From: Trichoplax adhaerens
Taxonomy: Eukaryota; Animalia; Placozoa
Direction of reading: 5' to 3'
DNA length: 64,000 nt
Assembly (NCBI RefSeq): GCF_000150275.1
Contig: NW_002060944.1
Coordinates: 1,660,911-1,724,910 of the forward strand
Position numbers and translations under genes: made by a program. Positions 15,183-29,096 of this stretch are shown here, in pieces (the stretch's first letter is position 1; every line of letters starts with the position of its first letter). The notes beneath the pieces were generated by a model. It ran no database searches and was not told the origin of the DNA. It saw only the letters and a list, made by a program, of their open reading frames with translations.

Positions 15183-15770
15183 TAGTACAGTACAGTACAA
15201 TACTGTACAGAACAGTGTCAGTCACAGCCATAGAGGTAACGTAAGTTCTTACTGGTCACAGCTAGAAACCGACAAGGCAGTTGATGACTACGCGGTGTTA
15301 ACTAAGTGACGTCATAATCAAAAAATAGTCATGCGTATTATGAATTAACTAATTTCCCTGCATGACCAATTGACCATAGACATAGACTAAGTACAGTACA
15401 TTGTACTGTACATCTAGACTGGAAATTGCACAGGCGGACAGACTTTTGCATACGGTAGTGTACAATACTGTACAGTACAATGTACAATTGTACATACGCG
15501 GCCGAAATCTCCAAAAATCAGTTACTTAGTATAGATCTTCAGTATCTATTTTTCTCTATCATTTCTACTAATTCAAAACTTTATGGCCTTATATAGCTGC
15601 TTTCGAGCAGAACTTAGTAAAATAGAATGGATTTCAATGTAATATTATTTGCAAAATCGAGCATCCGCTTGATAACATTATGGGAAATGCCCGGCCGTCT
15701 AACTGTACAGTACTGTACAGTACAGTACAGTACATTGCGTACAAGTGTACAGTACACTGTACTATACACT
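15183..15770. repeat. TACAG/CTGTA arrays in the divergent E1/E2 intergenic region
   Basis: Clusters at about 15183-15215, 15390-15490 and 15700-15770 between the head-to-head ATGs at 14962 and 15913. Confidence 0.75.
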
Positions 15771-15912
15771 GATTATATTTCTTAATTAATTAATTAATTA
15801 TTATACTGTATAATTACTAATTATAGTCACTGCTCCAGTCTGCTGTAGTCTATCCTTTTAGTTCTTGGTGATTAGCGATACCGATTAACGCATTTTTCTC
15901 AAAGGTTCTGTC

Positions 15913-17505
15913 ATGAGAAGTCTTCTCCTTATTGTAGCCCTTTCCATTTATGGAGCGACAGCTCAAATTTGCTGCAGTCCTCCGCAGTTTCAAACAGTAA
16001 TCACAACCGATGATTATGTTGAAACTTCAAACACTAAGATTATGTCTCAAATTCAAATTCGGTTATATTACGACTACTCGAATCAGCGAATTCGAGTTGA
16101 TGAAAGTCCTGCTGGTATCAAAACTACAGTCATTATAGACTTCAACACGGTTAGTAATTCATATATAGTAAATAAAAAATGTGTGTTTGACGTTTCTTAA
16201 CAAACCCATCGAACCTCATGAGCTAACAAATAAATTCAATAATTATAATTCAATTAGTCACAAGCTCTTCGAAGTTAATTAATCGGATCGCCTGAAAATA
16301 TTATAGTACTCGTAATTTAAAATGCTTACCGACCTGTCGAGTTCGTACTGTGAATCTGTGATGCTTTCTTCAGTCACTGCACTATTAATTTATCTCTTTA
16401 TCATGGCAATAACATCGCGCCAGTGACATTAGCGATGCTGACACAGAGTACCCACCTGCTAGCCAGTAGTTTGATTCCGAAGTACATAAAAATTATTAAT
16501 AGATTAATAGATGTTGTATAATTAATTAGTAGCTGTCATAACTGTACTGTGCGACATTCCTTTTAGCTTACTCTAATGTTTCAATCGATCGTCAGACGAA
16601 TAATTACTTTATAATGAAGATATTTTTGACAATTTTCGACTTTTAGCACAAAACCTACATCATCACTAATGGACAATGTTTAACAACTACTATTGAAGCT
16701 CCTTTCAATCCTACCTGCATCCCAGGTTTGTTATTCATATTCGTCGATCTTAATTTTCGGTATGCCAGCTGTACGATAACGTTAAAGCAGTATTTGGGTT
16801 ATTTATTTTAAATATTCGAATTTGATCCTACAATTTCTTTGACATTTTCTTCCTGTTAATTTAAAAATCTACAACAAGAGTCGATTGCTATAGTAATATA
16901 TATAATTAAAGTATTTTGCTATTTAACATCGATCTACCTATCATTGCTAGGTAACGCATTATATAGTGGCATCTTGCAATTAGGTGGTCCTGATGGCATT
17001 ATAGCAAAATCATATCATTTCTCTACCGCCGATAGTACGATACAAACGGATTATATTATTTCTGAGAATTGCATTCCAGTACTCGAAGTATCGAAGGTGT
17101 CGCTGACTAATCCTACTACTGAAACAACATTCGTTACTCTGACTTACGGTAACACAACTATTGGTATACAAGATCCAAGTGTCTTCGATATACCCGCTAT
17201 CTGTTCTCAACATGCTTCAATGAAACTACCTGTAAGCGAAAAGGCACTTATTTCATACGTTTACTGTAACGGATAATCCTAAATCCTATGAATACAATTT
17301 CGAATGAATTACAGTATTAATTATAATATAATTATAAACAATATAGTATTTGCATTTAGTGTGATAGATTAAATTTAAATTCTTAAGAAAACTAACTGGC
17401 CTTTATTAACAATGCAACGATTGCAATTAGGGTTTCGATTTCTCTAATCACCTCCGCAGAAAACGAAGAGCCTCTTTTTACAAAAGTCTTACCAGCAACC
17501 AGTAA
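15913..17505 (+). CDS. Ependymin-related secreted protein E2
   Basis: Exons 15913-16149, 16647-16725, 16951-17231, 17431-17505. Signal peptide; CCSPPQFQ, YYDYSNQRIR, CIPG, LGG, CIPVLE, IGIQDPSVFDIPAIC; tail GFDFSNHLRRKRRASFYKSLTSNQ. Confidence 0.9.
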
Positions 17506-18852
17506 AATAGACATAGTATATTTGTAAATTATATAAACTTTATATTTTTATTGCTGATATCATACGAATACGGTACTGATGTCCGCAAAAAAGTTGTAGG
17601 TGGTATAGTGCAGCGCTGTACAATACTCCTGTATTTTTGCATTTCACTTAACTGTCGTGCCGTAAGTATAGGCACCAGAAGTATATATCTCTACTATACT
17701 ACTAGTAGTTAATAACTAAAATATAAGCAAGACTGCTAGCTGCACCCGCGTCAGCACACACGCTTAGATCGGCGAACTGTACGCTGCAATCAACATCTGC
17801 TGTATCTATTTTTAATTAAAAGAAAGCAGTTAATTTTCACGTTTGGTTTATCGTATAAAATTCCTAGAATTACGTCCGATTGTCCTTTTAATGGCTTAGT
17901 GTAGTGACTGTGGCTCAGCTTCTATTATGATCATGCGGTGCTGCGACTGTAACTGATAATGCGTAATGCAAAAATATATGTTATCACTGCGACGTTAGTA
18001 GTGCAATAATCCTTTCCTTCCTATAATTACATAGAATTGTAACGCTTATTTCTTTACGTGAAATAAAATCTTCTAAGTACATTAATATAATGACTGCACA
18101 TACTTGTATACTGGATATTTTATAAATCTAGTGAGTATCTTAGGATTAGTCTTGTTATCTACTATCTATTATCCGCCTGCTTTCTATCATCGCAATGATT
18201 ACAGTTGTACTACAGTGAGATACTATCAAACAGCTTTAAGCCTTTATAGTGTAACTATAGTGGACAGTACTTCTAGCAGCAGGAGACACTTCCCTGCGCG
18301 AAATGAGTAGTAGTACAGTGTGGATTGTCTCGATAGTATCAGCACTTTATATTGTCATAATAATACCAATACAGTATCAAGAAAAATCTGATACTTGACA
18401 CCTCTACCTGGGAACTGGCACATGATTAATTGACTTATAAGCGACATTACTGACCATTATTATTGTTATTATCACTAATAAATATTGCAAATAGAGGTTT
18501 TTGATCTTTTACTCATCTGAGTTCTCTCTTATATTCATATCAATTAGTGTTCCTCATATATCCAACATCTATACAATCTCATCTTTAATTGCTCGGAAAG
18601 CAATAAGTTAAGAGTGTCAGTTTCTGTTTGATCTTGAGTCTTGGAGAGCACTGTTGATGATCATAAATCATTTTGTTTATTTATTTATTTGCGGCCTGAT
18701 TCTTCAGCGTTCGGTCTCAGTCAATTTATCATCTATACCGCTGAAGCCCTATTGATAAAAAGAGATTTTTTTTACCTCTATGGCTGAAACCTTAGCATCT
18801 TAGTAGTTTAACAGTGAATATTATAAAGAGACACATCGCCATCGACACGTCG

Positions 18853-19188
18853 ATGGGCTCTGGTTCAGTTCAACTTTTAGCTGAAACTGCTTTCTGTTAA
18901 CCGGAAATATAGTACTTTACCATGGATGCTTACGGTACAGTACAGTGTTATGATTATGCTTTTACGCAGGCACGAGACCTATGCGAGATCTCTTCATAAG
19001 CCTAATAAGCATAATCTATTCATGGGCCCTCGTTCAGTCCAACCTTTAGCTGGAACTGCTTTCTGTTAACCAGAAATACTGTACTGTACCCATAGATGCT
19101 CACAGTGTTCTGATAAAACTTTAAAGTTAAAACTTTCACGCAGGCACGAGACCTACTGTATGCGCGATGATGAGATCTATTCATAAGC
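18853..19188 (+). repeat. Imperfect tandem duplication, two units with about 170 bp period
   Basis: atgggc..gttcagt.caac.tttagctg.aactgctttctgttaacc.gaaata...acgcaggcacgagaccta...gagatct.ttcataagc occurs at about 18853-19001 and 19022-19188. Confidence 0.9.
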
Positions 19189-19239
19189 GCGGTCCGTACT
19201 AATTCAACCAGTCAGTTACTCAACTTACTCATATTGTAA

Positions 19240-19487
19240 AGTACAGTACTACAGTATTAAAATACGAACAATACAGTACAGTACAATAAAAAGTCACGCT
19301 GAGGTCACATTTTCGGCAACCTAGCAACCTTTTTAGCAACTAGTTCAAATCCATAGTACTGTACTGTACTGTACCGTACATGTACTGTATATCAATCAAG
19401 TAATCGTATAAAAATTACAGTACTGTACAGTACAATACAGGAAAGCCCATCGAGAAAATACTGTACTGTACCAACTTGTACTGTAGT
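19240..19487. repeat. TACAG/CTGTA array upstream of E3
   Basis: Dense tacagtacagtac / tactgtactgtactgtac runs ending about 160 bp before the E3 ATG. Confidence 0.8.
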
Positions 19488-19643
19488 GCACTCATTGCTA
19501 TTGCCACTGAATACTGATAAAGTGCACACTAAAAAAGTTACGCAATTACTTTACGCACTAGCTGCACTCCAACTCAGAGGTTCCGCTGCAAACATCGATT
19601 CTAAAAATTTGATTAACGACAGAATATTTACGTTTGAGAAACT

Positions 19644-22025
19644 ATGCTACCATCGCTACCATCAATCGCTATTATCTTAGCTATTACAGCTGCAACTCAT
19701 GCCTTTCCAATATGTAAAATTCCGATGGAAATCCAAGGCACGATACAAACATTGAACGTTATGCAAGCGAATAAAGATGCAAAGCCCAACTTATCTGCTC
19801 AATCGTACAAATTTACACAAGATTTTAAGTCGAAAAGAATTCGTTTAGATGGTCAAGTAAATGGAATAAATACAACAATCATTGAAGACTTCGTTGAGGT
19901 ATTCAGACAGATTTATCATAATAACATATAAGAAATTATAGCAAGTATGATAATATATATAATTAATTTATACTTGCTTCTGAGATACGAGGTAATAGCG
20001 AACCGTAGTCCCGCAGTCATATGCATAGTTGCATACTATATATATATTATATACTGTATATACTGTATATCACATTTACACAGCAGCTTCACGAATGAAG
20101 TTCTTATCAAGTTGAAATATTAATAGAAATACAGTATTTGATAAATTCTTTAGAATTGGCCAAAAGAGTGAATACAGATCAATGTATAGCAACATTTTCG
20201 GAGCCGTACTGTACAGACAAAATAAATCAATGTAAATAGTATTTTACGTATACAGTGTAATACAGGCATATATTACATTGGGCACGATCGAAATTGGAGT
20301 TTTTAATTAATAGACAATGATCATTGCTATAAATTTTTAATTTTTAATTATTTTATTCAGTTTAAGCAGTATAGTCTATAGAACGATGGCCAATTCTACT
20401 GATCTTTATTTCAGCTATCATACCAAATTAACACACTTTAGAAGATGTAACATTATGATCTTATATAGAAGATGCCTAGTATAGTAATATCCTAATATAC
20501 GAATACTTATCATATACCGTTTAAGTACTGTATTGTATTACATTCATAATGTACGACATCATGACTACATATAGACGACATGCTATACATATAAAGACAT
20601 TATCTCAATCCCATCTAAAACCTATAAATACCCTTGTACGCTAACTCGTTAGTCAGTTCCTACATTCCTGCTATCTCAAATACCTTATCTATAACAACCA
20701 TATCATTGTTAGCCTGTAACTTGTATCTCAATAAAATCCTTTATACCTTCTATCATCGTCTACCTTAAAATACTTTACGCTACTTAAAGAAGATATCATT
20801 ACAGAAGATACGCTATAAACAAATTCCGACAGTCACGCTTTTTAATATAGTACCGAATAGACATTATGCTATTTTATGTTAACTAATGCGATAATCAATT
20901 TATATTGTAACAAAAAAGCACAAGATCTATACAATCATTAACAATGGAAAGAAATGCGTCACTGGTAATTTAACAATTTCGTTTCCGGATGCCAAGGCTT
21001 TAAGTAAGAGTTGATAATTATACAAGATGCGTATTCAAGATTTGAGCTAGTTTATCATTCAAAATGACCGCTGACTGCGGCGATACATGTGGCTTATGGA
21101 ACGTATACTTTATAGCAATAAAGAAATTTAAAATTTGAGACCATTACTGTTCTAAGCGTAGCGAGCGGACCCAGCTCCTAGTAGAGCCTTAAAACTAAAA
21201 CATTTTTAGCTCCAAAAATTTATTATTTTACCCTTAATACTCAAAAAAAATGGAATTTTATCATTAATTACAGGGTTACTAGATACTATTAAATTCATAC
21301 AAGCCGTCATCTCGCATACAGCGTAAGGTGATTTCAATGCTATATAATATTTTTTCTTTTATTATATAACTTCAGAAAATGCCACCTACCTTGGAATGCA
21401 CACTGTTGGAGGTTCATTAGCTGTATACATATATCGGTTCTCATTGGCTAATATATCAGCAACTGTTGAAGTAGCAAAGAAAACCTGTTTGCCTGTCGTT
21501 GAAGCAGCAGAAATTAAATTTGGTAAATTGGTTCTTCATTCAGCAATATCATTCTTAGATATGAAACCGAAGATCAGCAATCCAAATATTTTAAAGATTC
21601 CTTCCATTTGTTCTCAACACGCGACAAGAACCGAAAATGTAAATAAGCTATCGTAACGACATATCACAAAATACATATATACCAATGCAAATATATTATG
21701 TTTACGTCCAGTAATTGATTGAGTTTATCTCAGTAATATTTTTAATATACGTATGAATTACTATAAAATGTAAATTTAAGTCAATTCCTTAGTTATAATT
21801 TAGAAGAAAACAGTTAACTCAGTTTAATTTTGGTTAGTCAACTCATGCTGTTATTGCTGTAATAATGCGGTTACAAATATAACGATACTGAATTATATTT
21901 TAAGGAGGTTTCTTGGATGTTAATTTTCTCGTTTTCTGCTGACATCGCAATTATAGATGATTGACCACCTTCATTACGTGAGATTGCAAGCGGCTACTCC
22001 AGTGCATAAGCCAGAATCCTCTTAG
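19644..22025 (+). CDS. Ependymin-related secreted protein E3 (4-Cys type)
   Basis: Exons 19644-19898, 20919-21003, 21376-21638, 21957-22025. Signal peptide; CKIP, QDFKSKRIR, KCVTG, TVGG, CLPVVE, ILKIPSIC; tail MIDHLHYVRLQAATPVHKPESS. Confidence 0.82.
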
Positions 22026-23714
22026 CTTATGAACTATACCTTGGACTATTAGAGATTTAGTTCTAAAAGTAGTTTAAGTAAACATAAAATTCTGGGTATT
22101 CACCATCATCCTCGTACAAGGTTAATTCTTACAAGATGTCTAGGTTCGCGTGTGGATTCCCTACATTTTTAACTAGTCCATGGCTCGCGCCGTGATGATC
22201 ATTACTTATACTGAATAATTACTGCAACTGCGAAGAAAGCTAGAAGTAACTATGCATTTTACCATATAGAAGTGTAATGCAAAATTTTGCAACATTATAG
22301 CAAATACATAAAGCTATCATGCATTTTGGATTGATATTATGTTACCGAAGTAAAATGTAATAAAAGTATGCAGCAGTTTGCACATGCTACATTGGCTCAG
22401 TAGAATACTTTGATTTATGTTTTGAGATATATGACACCATCAACTGTTCCTATTCTGCTTATCACCACTCTTTGTCTTTAAACGATGTTGATATAATGAC
22501 TATCGACAATAATTAATATAAAGGTATTCAAGGTTTTAAAATGTCTTACTGCTTTATGCAACATTTTCAAGATTTCGATTCTTGATTACTATTTTATAGG
22601 GTTATGTCAGCAGCTGCAGCTTTAATCCTTTAGCCCGCTAAGCTTCAGGATTCTCACAATAGCGGATTTTACTGACGCTTAGCTTTTATTGTAAAGGTTA
22701 AAATTCTATAAGAAGAACCATAGTAAAGCATTTGACCGGTGATTTGCTAAAATCATAAAGCCGTTAGCTCAAATGGTCTCTAATTACATACAAGAGTTAG
22801 TCTAGCGACCTTCTGTTCATTACACGTTAAATCTAACGGTCTTAATAAATGCGTGCAATGCATGACCATCGCGATTGATAAGTAACTAATCATACTACTA
22901 TGCGCGTACATTACAATATTGCACCAGTACATGTTATATGTTATACTGTGCTAGCATGCTGATACAAATCGATACCTTTTACAATTCTAGTCGAAGCACC
23001 ACTTGTGTGATTGCATATTTTATAATAAGGAGATCAGGATAAAACTAAAGTTAAAGTTATATGAATTTAAACTTTGATAAAAAACCAAATCTCTTCATAG
23101 AGATCCACATTAGGTCGTGCCACTTCTCATAGTTGAAAATCAAACCCTGAGCGCGTGTCAAATATCAATAAAATGAAAAACTAATAATGTACGTAGTTAA
23201 GTTGATGTTTAATAGATATATAAGATAACAAAGGCGATTGATATTCAAGGATCTAAAGATAGAGAGCATTCTGTGAAATACCTTAAAATTAATCTCATTT
23301 TGCCTAATGTAATTCTACTCCAGATAGCTCATTCATCGGTTAAACTAAGGATCACCAGATACTTTGTATAAAGTATTTAGCAGCCCATAATTAATACTCA
23401 AATTGAAACCTTCATCTCAAACTAGATTGCGGCATATTAATTGGATTTATTGAGTTTGTGTACGGTATTTAACAGTCAATTGATATTACAAATTTGAGCA
23501 AATATCAGGATTATCAGTCGAATCATTATACTTGAGTAAATTATTAAAAATGTACTAGTTGCTCGAATTTAGGTAATAGAGCATTGCTGACTAATAATAC
23601 CCTTTCGGACAGTAGCCTAACACTCATGTAACATATAGATTTAGTTATAATTTTATAGAGGATACAATAAGTACAATACTAGTAACTTATTCTTGTACTA
23701 TCTATAAAACACTA

Positions 23715-24762
23715 TTAATCTTCAGAATTTATGATATCACGTTGGTAATTTTGACTTGCTTTAAGGGCTCCTAAACCTTCAAGTAGAAATGAAGCACATA
23801 TGTAATTTCCCATAATGCGGTAACAGCGAAAGAAAGAGTCGCAACATTTTAGTCCATCACTGCAATCAGCATTGCTTTCATGACAAGTAATCTGTGAATA
23901 GAAAATCACAAATGTTCAAAGTTAATTAAATCAGGTGCAAAAAATGTTTATCGGCAGAGATTTAAAAATAGATACTGTATTTTATTATAATGGTAATATC
24001 GGTAATACGCGAAGGCAAAATCATATCATTCACCGTTTTACGTAATTATATTCAGCATCTAAAGCATCACCGCTGTTATTTTTGCGCAAAATATCTAAGC
24101 TATCCAATAATATTATCTTGCTATTTATTTCAAATTCTGAAACCCCTTATATGTTTAATATGTTACCTAACAACCTTCATTATGTCGACTAATTTTATTA
24201 TAACTTAATTATTAAGAGTAGGAACATAACAAAAATTCCTGAAGCGTAATGTATCCATAATACAGTTGATTTAAAAGAATAGTCAATGTAAATCTTTAGC
24301 GAAAGTGCTTTATTGATATTCAGTTTAATAAGAAACGATAGCGTAAGAAGAATAGACAATGCTTAAGATTAACATATCAGCGTGCTTCGGGAATTGATTC
24401 CAGGAGGACTCTCTTAGGTAAAATATATGTAAGTAATAAATGCTTACTATAGGACGACTGATAAAATATTTCTATGCAGTAAATTCCTTTTTTCATAGTA
24501 ATGCAAGCATGATAAATGGTAAACTTACGGTCTTATTATTTCCAGAATGATCAGCATCGTTAGCAAGAGTTGTTTCCTCCGTCTCCTCCTCTTTGTTGTT
24601 TGGGGCGCCCTGCGATTGTTCTTTGACTGGCTGATCTTCTCGTTGCCGAAATGGATTGAATGAAAACCTAATATCACTTATGTCAATAATTCTTCGACAT
24701 TGGATTTGAATCATACTGGCAAATATTAAAGTAAATATTAAAATTTTCGTATCGACCTTCAT
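23715..24762 (-). CDS. Small secreted precursor with inhibitor-cystine-knot-like (C-C-CC-C-C) domain
   Basis: Exons 24762-24529 and 23891-23715 join in phase 0 (NNKT|ITCH). Hydrophobic signal MKVDTKILIFTLIFASMIQIQC, acidic spacer KEEETEETT, then CHESNADCSDGLKCCDSFFRCYRIMGNYIC and a 26-aa extension. Confidence 0.75.
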
Positions 24763-25737
24763 CTTTTCTCGTAACTCCTGAAAACATAGTTAGAGCCAAT
24801 ATTTAGTATGTCACAGTATACTAGATTGCATTGCCCATATATAATCATTTAACATCAGCGGCCTTGATTATATATATTATCTTACGTATGTTATTTTTTA
24901 TATTCCTAAATTTGTAAGCTTCATATGTGATTACTTATAAAAATTCACTATAAATGCATTTTATGCTTATTTTATGTCCCAGTTGCAGTTATTAGCGAAG
25001 CCAAATTGTCCTCATTTTACCTTTACAATAGTTTATATGTCGATACACTGTAATACTGTATCTTTCTATCCCCATGATACTGAATTCTAAGGAAATAATC
25101 TCAATTTTTTAATTTTATGGGAATAGTAATAGTGGCAATGGACTTGCAATCTATTCGTACTTCGAATTAACCATCATACTTAGTAAATCATCACCCTCAG
25201 AAATGGCAAAAGTCTCTGAAGCGGCAAAATTTCTGTTACATCGAATGCACACTTTTGTTGCATACGCAAATGATTTCTTGTATTAGTTAAGTAAACTAAG
25301 ATATGTTCTATTGATTTATGACTATATGACTATAATAGCCTTTAATCTTCTTATTTAAAGGCTATAGACGATATATCCGTATATACGGATGCATTATAAA
25401 TGAAGGAGCAAATGGTATAAATTTATAAATACCACTCAGGGAAATTTAGGCGACAAGTGCTATTCTATTCTATCAGCTTAATGTCGCGGAAACAGCAAAT
25501 AGTTTTAATAATTATATCAACATAACTAAACCAACATAATATTATGCAATTAATTTATTCTATGTACTACGGTGTAATAGTAATTAGATTACATAAATTA
25601 ATATAATACCACGTAAGAAAGATAAAACAGTGAAATTATGTGGCACTAGCAAATAGTTACACGAAGAGTTACATAAATATTCTATTTCGAAAGATTCTCT
25701 ATCATAGCTTGTTATAAAAAAATGAAGTATTTCTTAC

Positions 25738-25850
25738 CCTAAAGCCTATGAATCAATACTGTTTCGTAAAATCGAACAGTTAAGAGGAGCCACAAAGGTT
25801 GTTGCTTTGTAAGTATTCATCAAAATTATCTGTTAAAGGGGTATATATAG
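25738..25850 (-). promoter_or_regulatory. Probable TATA box and non-coding first exon of the knottin-like gene
   Basis: Minus-strand CTATATATAC at 25841-25850, a donor GG|GTAAGAA near 25737, and an acceptor TTTTCAG near 24778 just before the ATG. Confidence 0.45.
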
Positions 25851-28800
25851 CTTCTTTTGCTAACCGTCTCAATGAAGAATTCTTAATAATAAAAGTAAAT
25901 GCTGCTACGACTAATACTAGCAAGGTAAAATTAATTAAATCCGGAAATAACACAGTTTCGACAGATTAAAATATTTACATAAGATGGCACCTGTCAAATT
26001 GAAATTACAATAATCATGATTAAGCAATTACATAAACGCGTAGGAGACATTGAGCAAATTTCTATGCTTTTATCATATTCTTTATCTCAGAATCTCGTAA
26101 AAGTTTCGAGGTAGTAAATATTTGCTATATGCTTAAATCGTACAGCACCCCTCTTAACCTAAAGAATCCAATAGTTGTTTTAGGACGTGAATGATTGCAT
26201 CGTTTGAAATATTTTATGACCAATAAAGGAGTATTCTAACTTTTTGTCAAGAAATTGCGTTGTTGAAAATGACAGAGAAAAATGAACATCTTATAATTTA
26301 CCTTAATAAAATATCAGCTACGTGATGGCGATATTCAAGACCTATTTTTAACTTTGTGGGTTTATTTATCATTGCTGAAGGCAGAAGCCGGACTCTGATT
26401 TATTAAATGCGGATAATTGTTGAGTAACATATGTGTAATATCTTTTTATATACATTGCGATGCGATCAATGTACGATTACGAAGATTTAAATTAAGAAGT
26501 TTACGTATGATGATGCATTATGGCATTTCGAATATTTGATGGTCTTTTTTGTTTCTTTATAATCTCATTGATTTAGTTGATTAAATTTTTAATTTTTAAC
26601 TAAAGATAAAACAAGAGCTTTTCCTTACATTTATATGAAATGGACCATCTGCTCCTTTGCCAAGTCAATCTGTTATAAAGCGTGCTTGATTCAAACAGAA
26701 CGCCAGAAATTGATATTGTGCTCTCGTTAATCCGTTTATTGAGTCAATATAAAATAACCTTCTACATGATGCCAAATATAGTTACCACTTAAAGTTATTC
26801 TCTAATCACACATAAGACCGTAAATATTTAATTAACACTATCATTCAAACTGATTCTTTCATAAGTTATTCAGTAATATACAGTATATCGTAAACTATAA
26901 TACTATTGGTGAAAATATTGGATACTGTATCGTATATTTAAATATGCGATACAGTATCCAATATTTTCAAGCAAGGTTACTGCTGTTGGAATAAATGCAT
27001 GTACTGTAGGTTGTAGAACAATAGCTTCATTTATTTGTAATGTACAACATTTACATATACGGTCTAAGCTGAATCGTACCAAAAAGGAAACTACTCTATA
27101 TTTCAATTTTATTCACTTTGAATTAACCATCCACACAGCTAAACAATTCACTCAACAAATTTGTAATGATATCGCAACTGTTCTTCTCAGATTCTTCCTT
27201 AGGAGTACGGCACATATAAACAACAAACGTACAGTACGGTTTTGAACCGCAGATGGAAGTTACTAATCACAGTTCCTAGGTGCTCTTAGTATGAATTGAC
27301 ATCGTAAGCACTTATTATCGTATCATTCACACTTATCCTAAGAGAAGTATGCTAAAAACTTGTTTCAATTCAATTACAGTAGTTACATGTTATCTGAACA
27401 GATTTTAATATTACAGGATCGAGTTAACACTTTTGAAACATAATTATAGAATATATTAATAATACGAGTATAAGTTTCGAAATACTAGTAAATTTAGTAT
27501 TTTAGTGTGCACTTGATATTAAGTCAATATTGAACAATACTGAGGTATATTTCGAATTAATTGCTGCAAATGAACAATTCGTATAAATTCTGATTTCATA
27601 TCGGTAGTCACTACCGCAGTAATCGTATCTTTTAGATAAACTTTCCTGCGGGTACGTCTTTTACTTGCCTACGATATGTTGTATGTCACATATTCTGCTA
27701 GATTATGACTACTCGTATCTGAACTTATCACAGCTGTGCTTCTCTATTTCTGATTAGTGCTATTTTAAGCTGCGTCGTATTTTATACTCAAAAATTAATT
27801 ACAGTAATTAATATCTTTAATTGCATAACAAGAAACCTATATCTGATTGTGACGAATACAATAGCAGGTTACTATTGTAGCAAAACGGTCATTCCACTAT
27901 TTCGAATTAATTATAATGATAAAATTTAATTTAATATAGTCTTTATCAATCATATATTATTTGATTGTTAAATGTCGTTCCTTTGAATTGAACTGATTCT
28001 CGCTTATACAATACCATAGCCAAAATCTATTTACAAGGAGTAAATAGTTGTAACGTTGTAACGATATATGTCTCTTAAAACAATACTGCATCCAAATTAT
28101 CATAAAATTCCTTGAATTAAGTCAGTTTCACGGACACACTTGAAATAATTACCACACTGTAATACTTGAGTACTAAATTCCTTTCGTAAATTTGTTTTCT
28201 GAATAGTATAATGCGCACTTTCTAATTTTTACCTCTTCCTTATAACATAGCATTTCAGAGTAATTTAATTTCGAGCCGGGTAAAAACAGCTGCTTTTAAG
28301 CTAGGATAGAAATCTAATTTAACGTGAGGCTGTAAGACACTGTATAGACATTTCTACTCAGACTACTGTACGAGTGTACGCAGCAGACAAACTGCGTTCA
28401 TTCAAGTGTATTCATCCACTTACGTCTTATTGATCTTATTTGTTTCACTACCGTATTTCGAGCTGAAGACAGAGTCTCACAACATCTTCCACAGAATTTC
28501 ATGGCTGATTGACAATGAAATAGAATTAATGAATGAATTATAAATATTATTTAACCGTGAACTACAGTCGGAGCTAGGTATAGTACAATAGCTTCGCTCT
28601 AACAAGAAACTGATTCATTTTTTTATTTTTGGTAAAATATTCTTTTTCAAATAGTACAGTACATATTCACTTTTCGTAATATATCTTGTAGTTTTAAAGA
28701 GTTGACACATGTGGCAATTCCACGGTTTTCTGTCATTATTGAAGCAGTCTTTAAAACTGGGGACTTCTTATCTTAACAAGACTTTGTCCATTCGTCTGAC

Positions 28801-29096
28801 TCTCCGATTCGTCCGTCTCTCCTTCCTTTCCCTACGGACAAAGTTTTATAAGTTTTAGTAAAGGTGTTATTATTATTTATCATGTACAGTTTATTAATGA
28901 CGGTGAGAAGTCGGAAGACAGTAAACATACAGTCATGGTACACATTCGATGTACACTGTATAGTGTACAGTATGAATAAAATGATGTCATCATTCGTCCA
29001 ATAACTAGTGCAGTGAAAGCTCATCTGCAGTACAACCTGTACATGAAAGTTAATGAGAGACACTAGAGGAATCCATTGGAAAAACTCTCGTTCAAC

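Noticed and set aside
15307-15314. CRE palindrome TGACGTCA (also 40158-40165)
   Set aside because: Two 8-mers in 64 kb is close to chance expectation.
24374-24415. Possible extra exon in the knottin-gene intron
   Set aside because: The frame-compatible reading (RVLLESIPEAR*) stops and other acceptors break phase; unsupported without transcripts.
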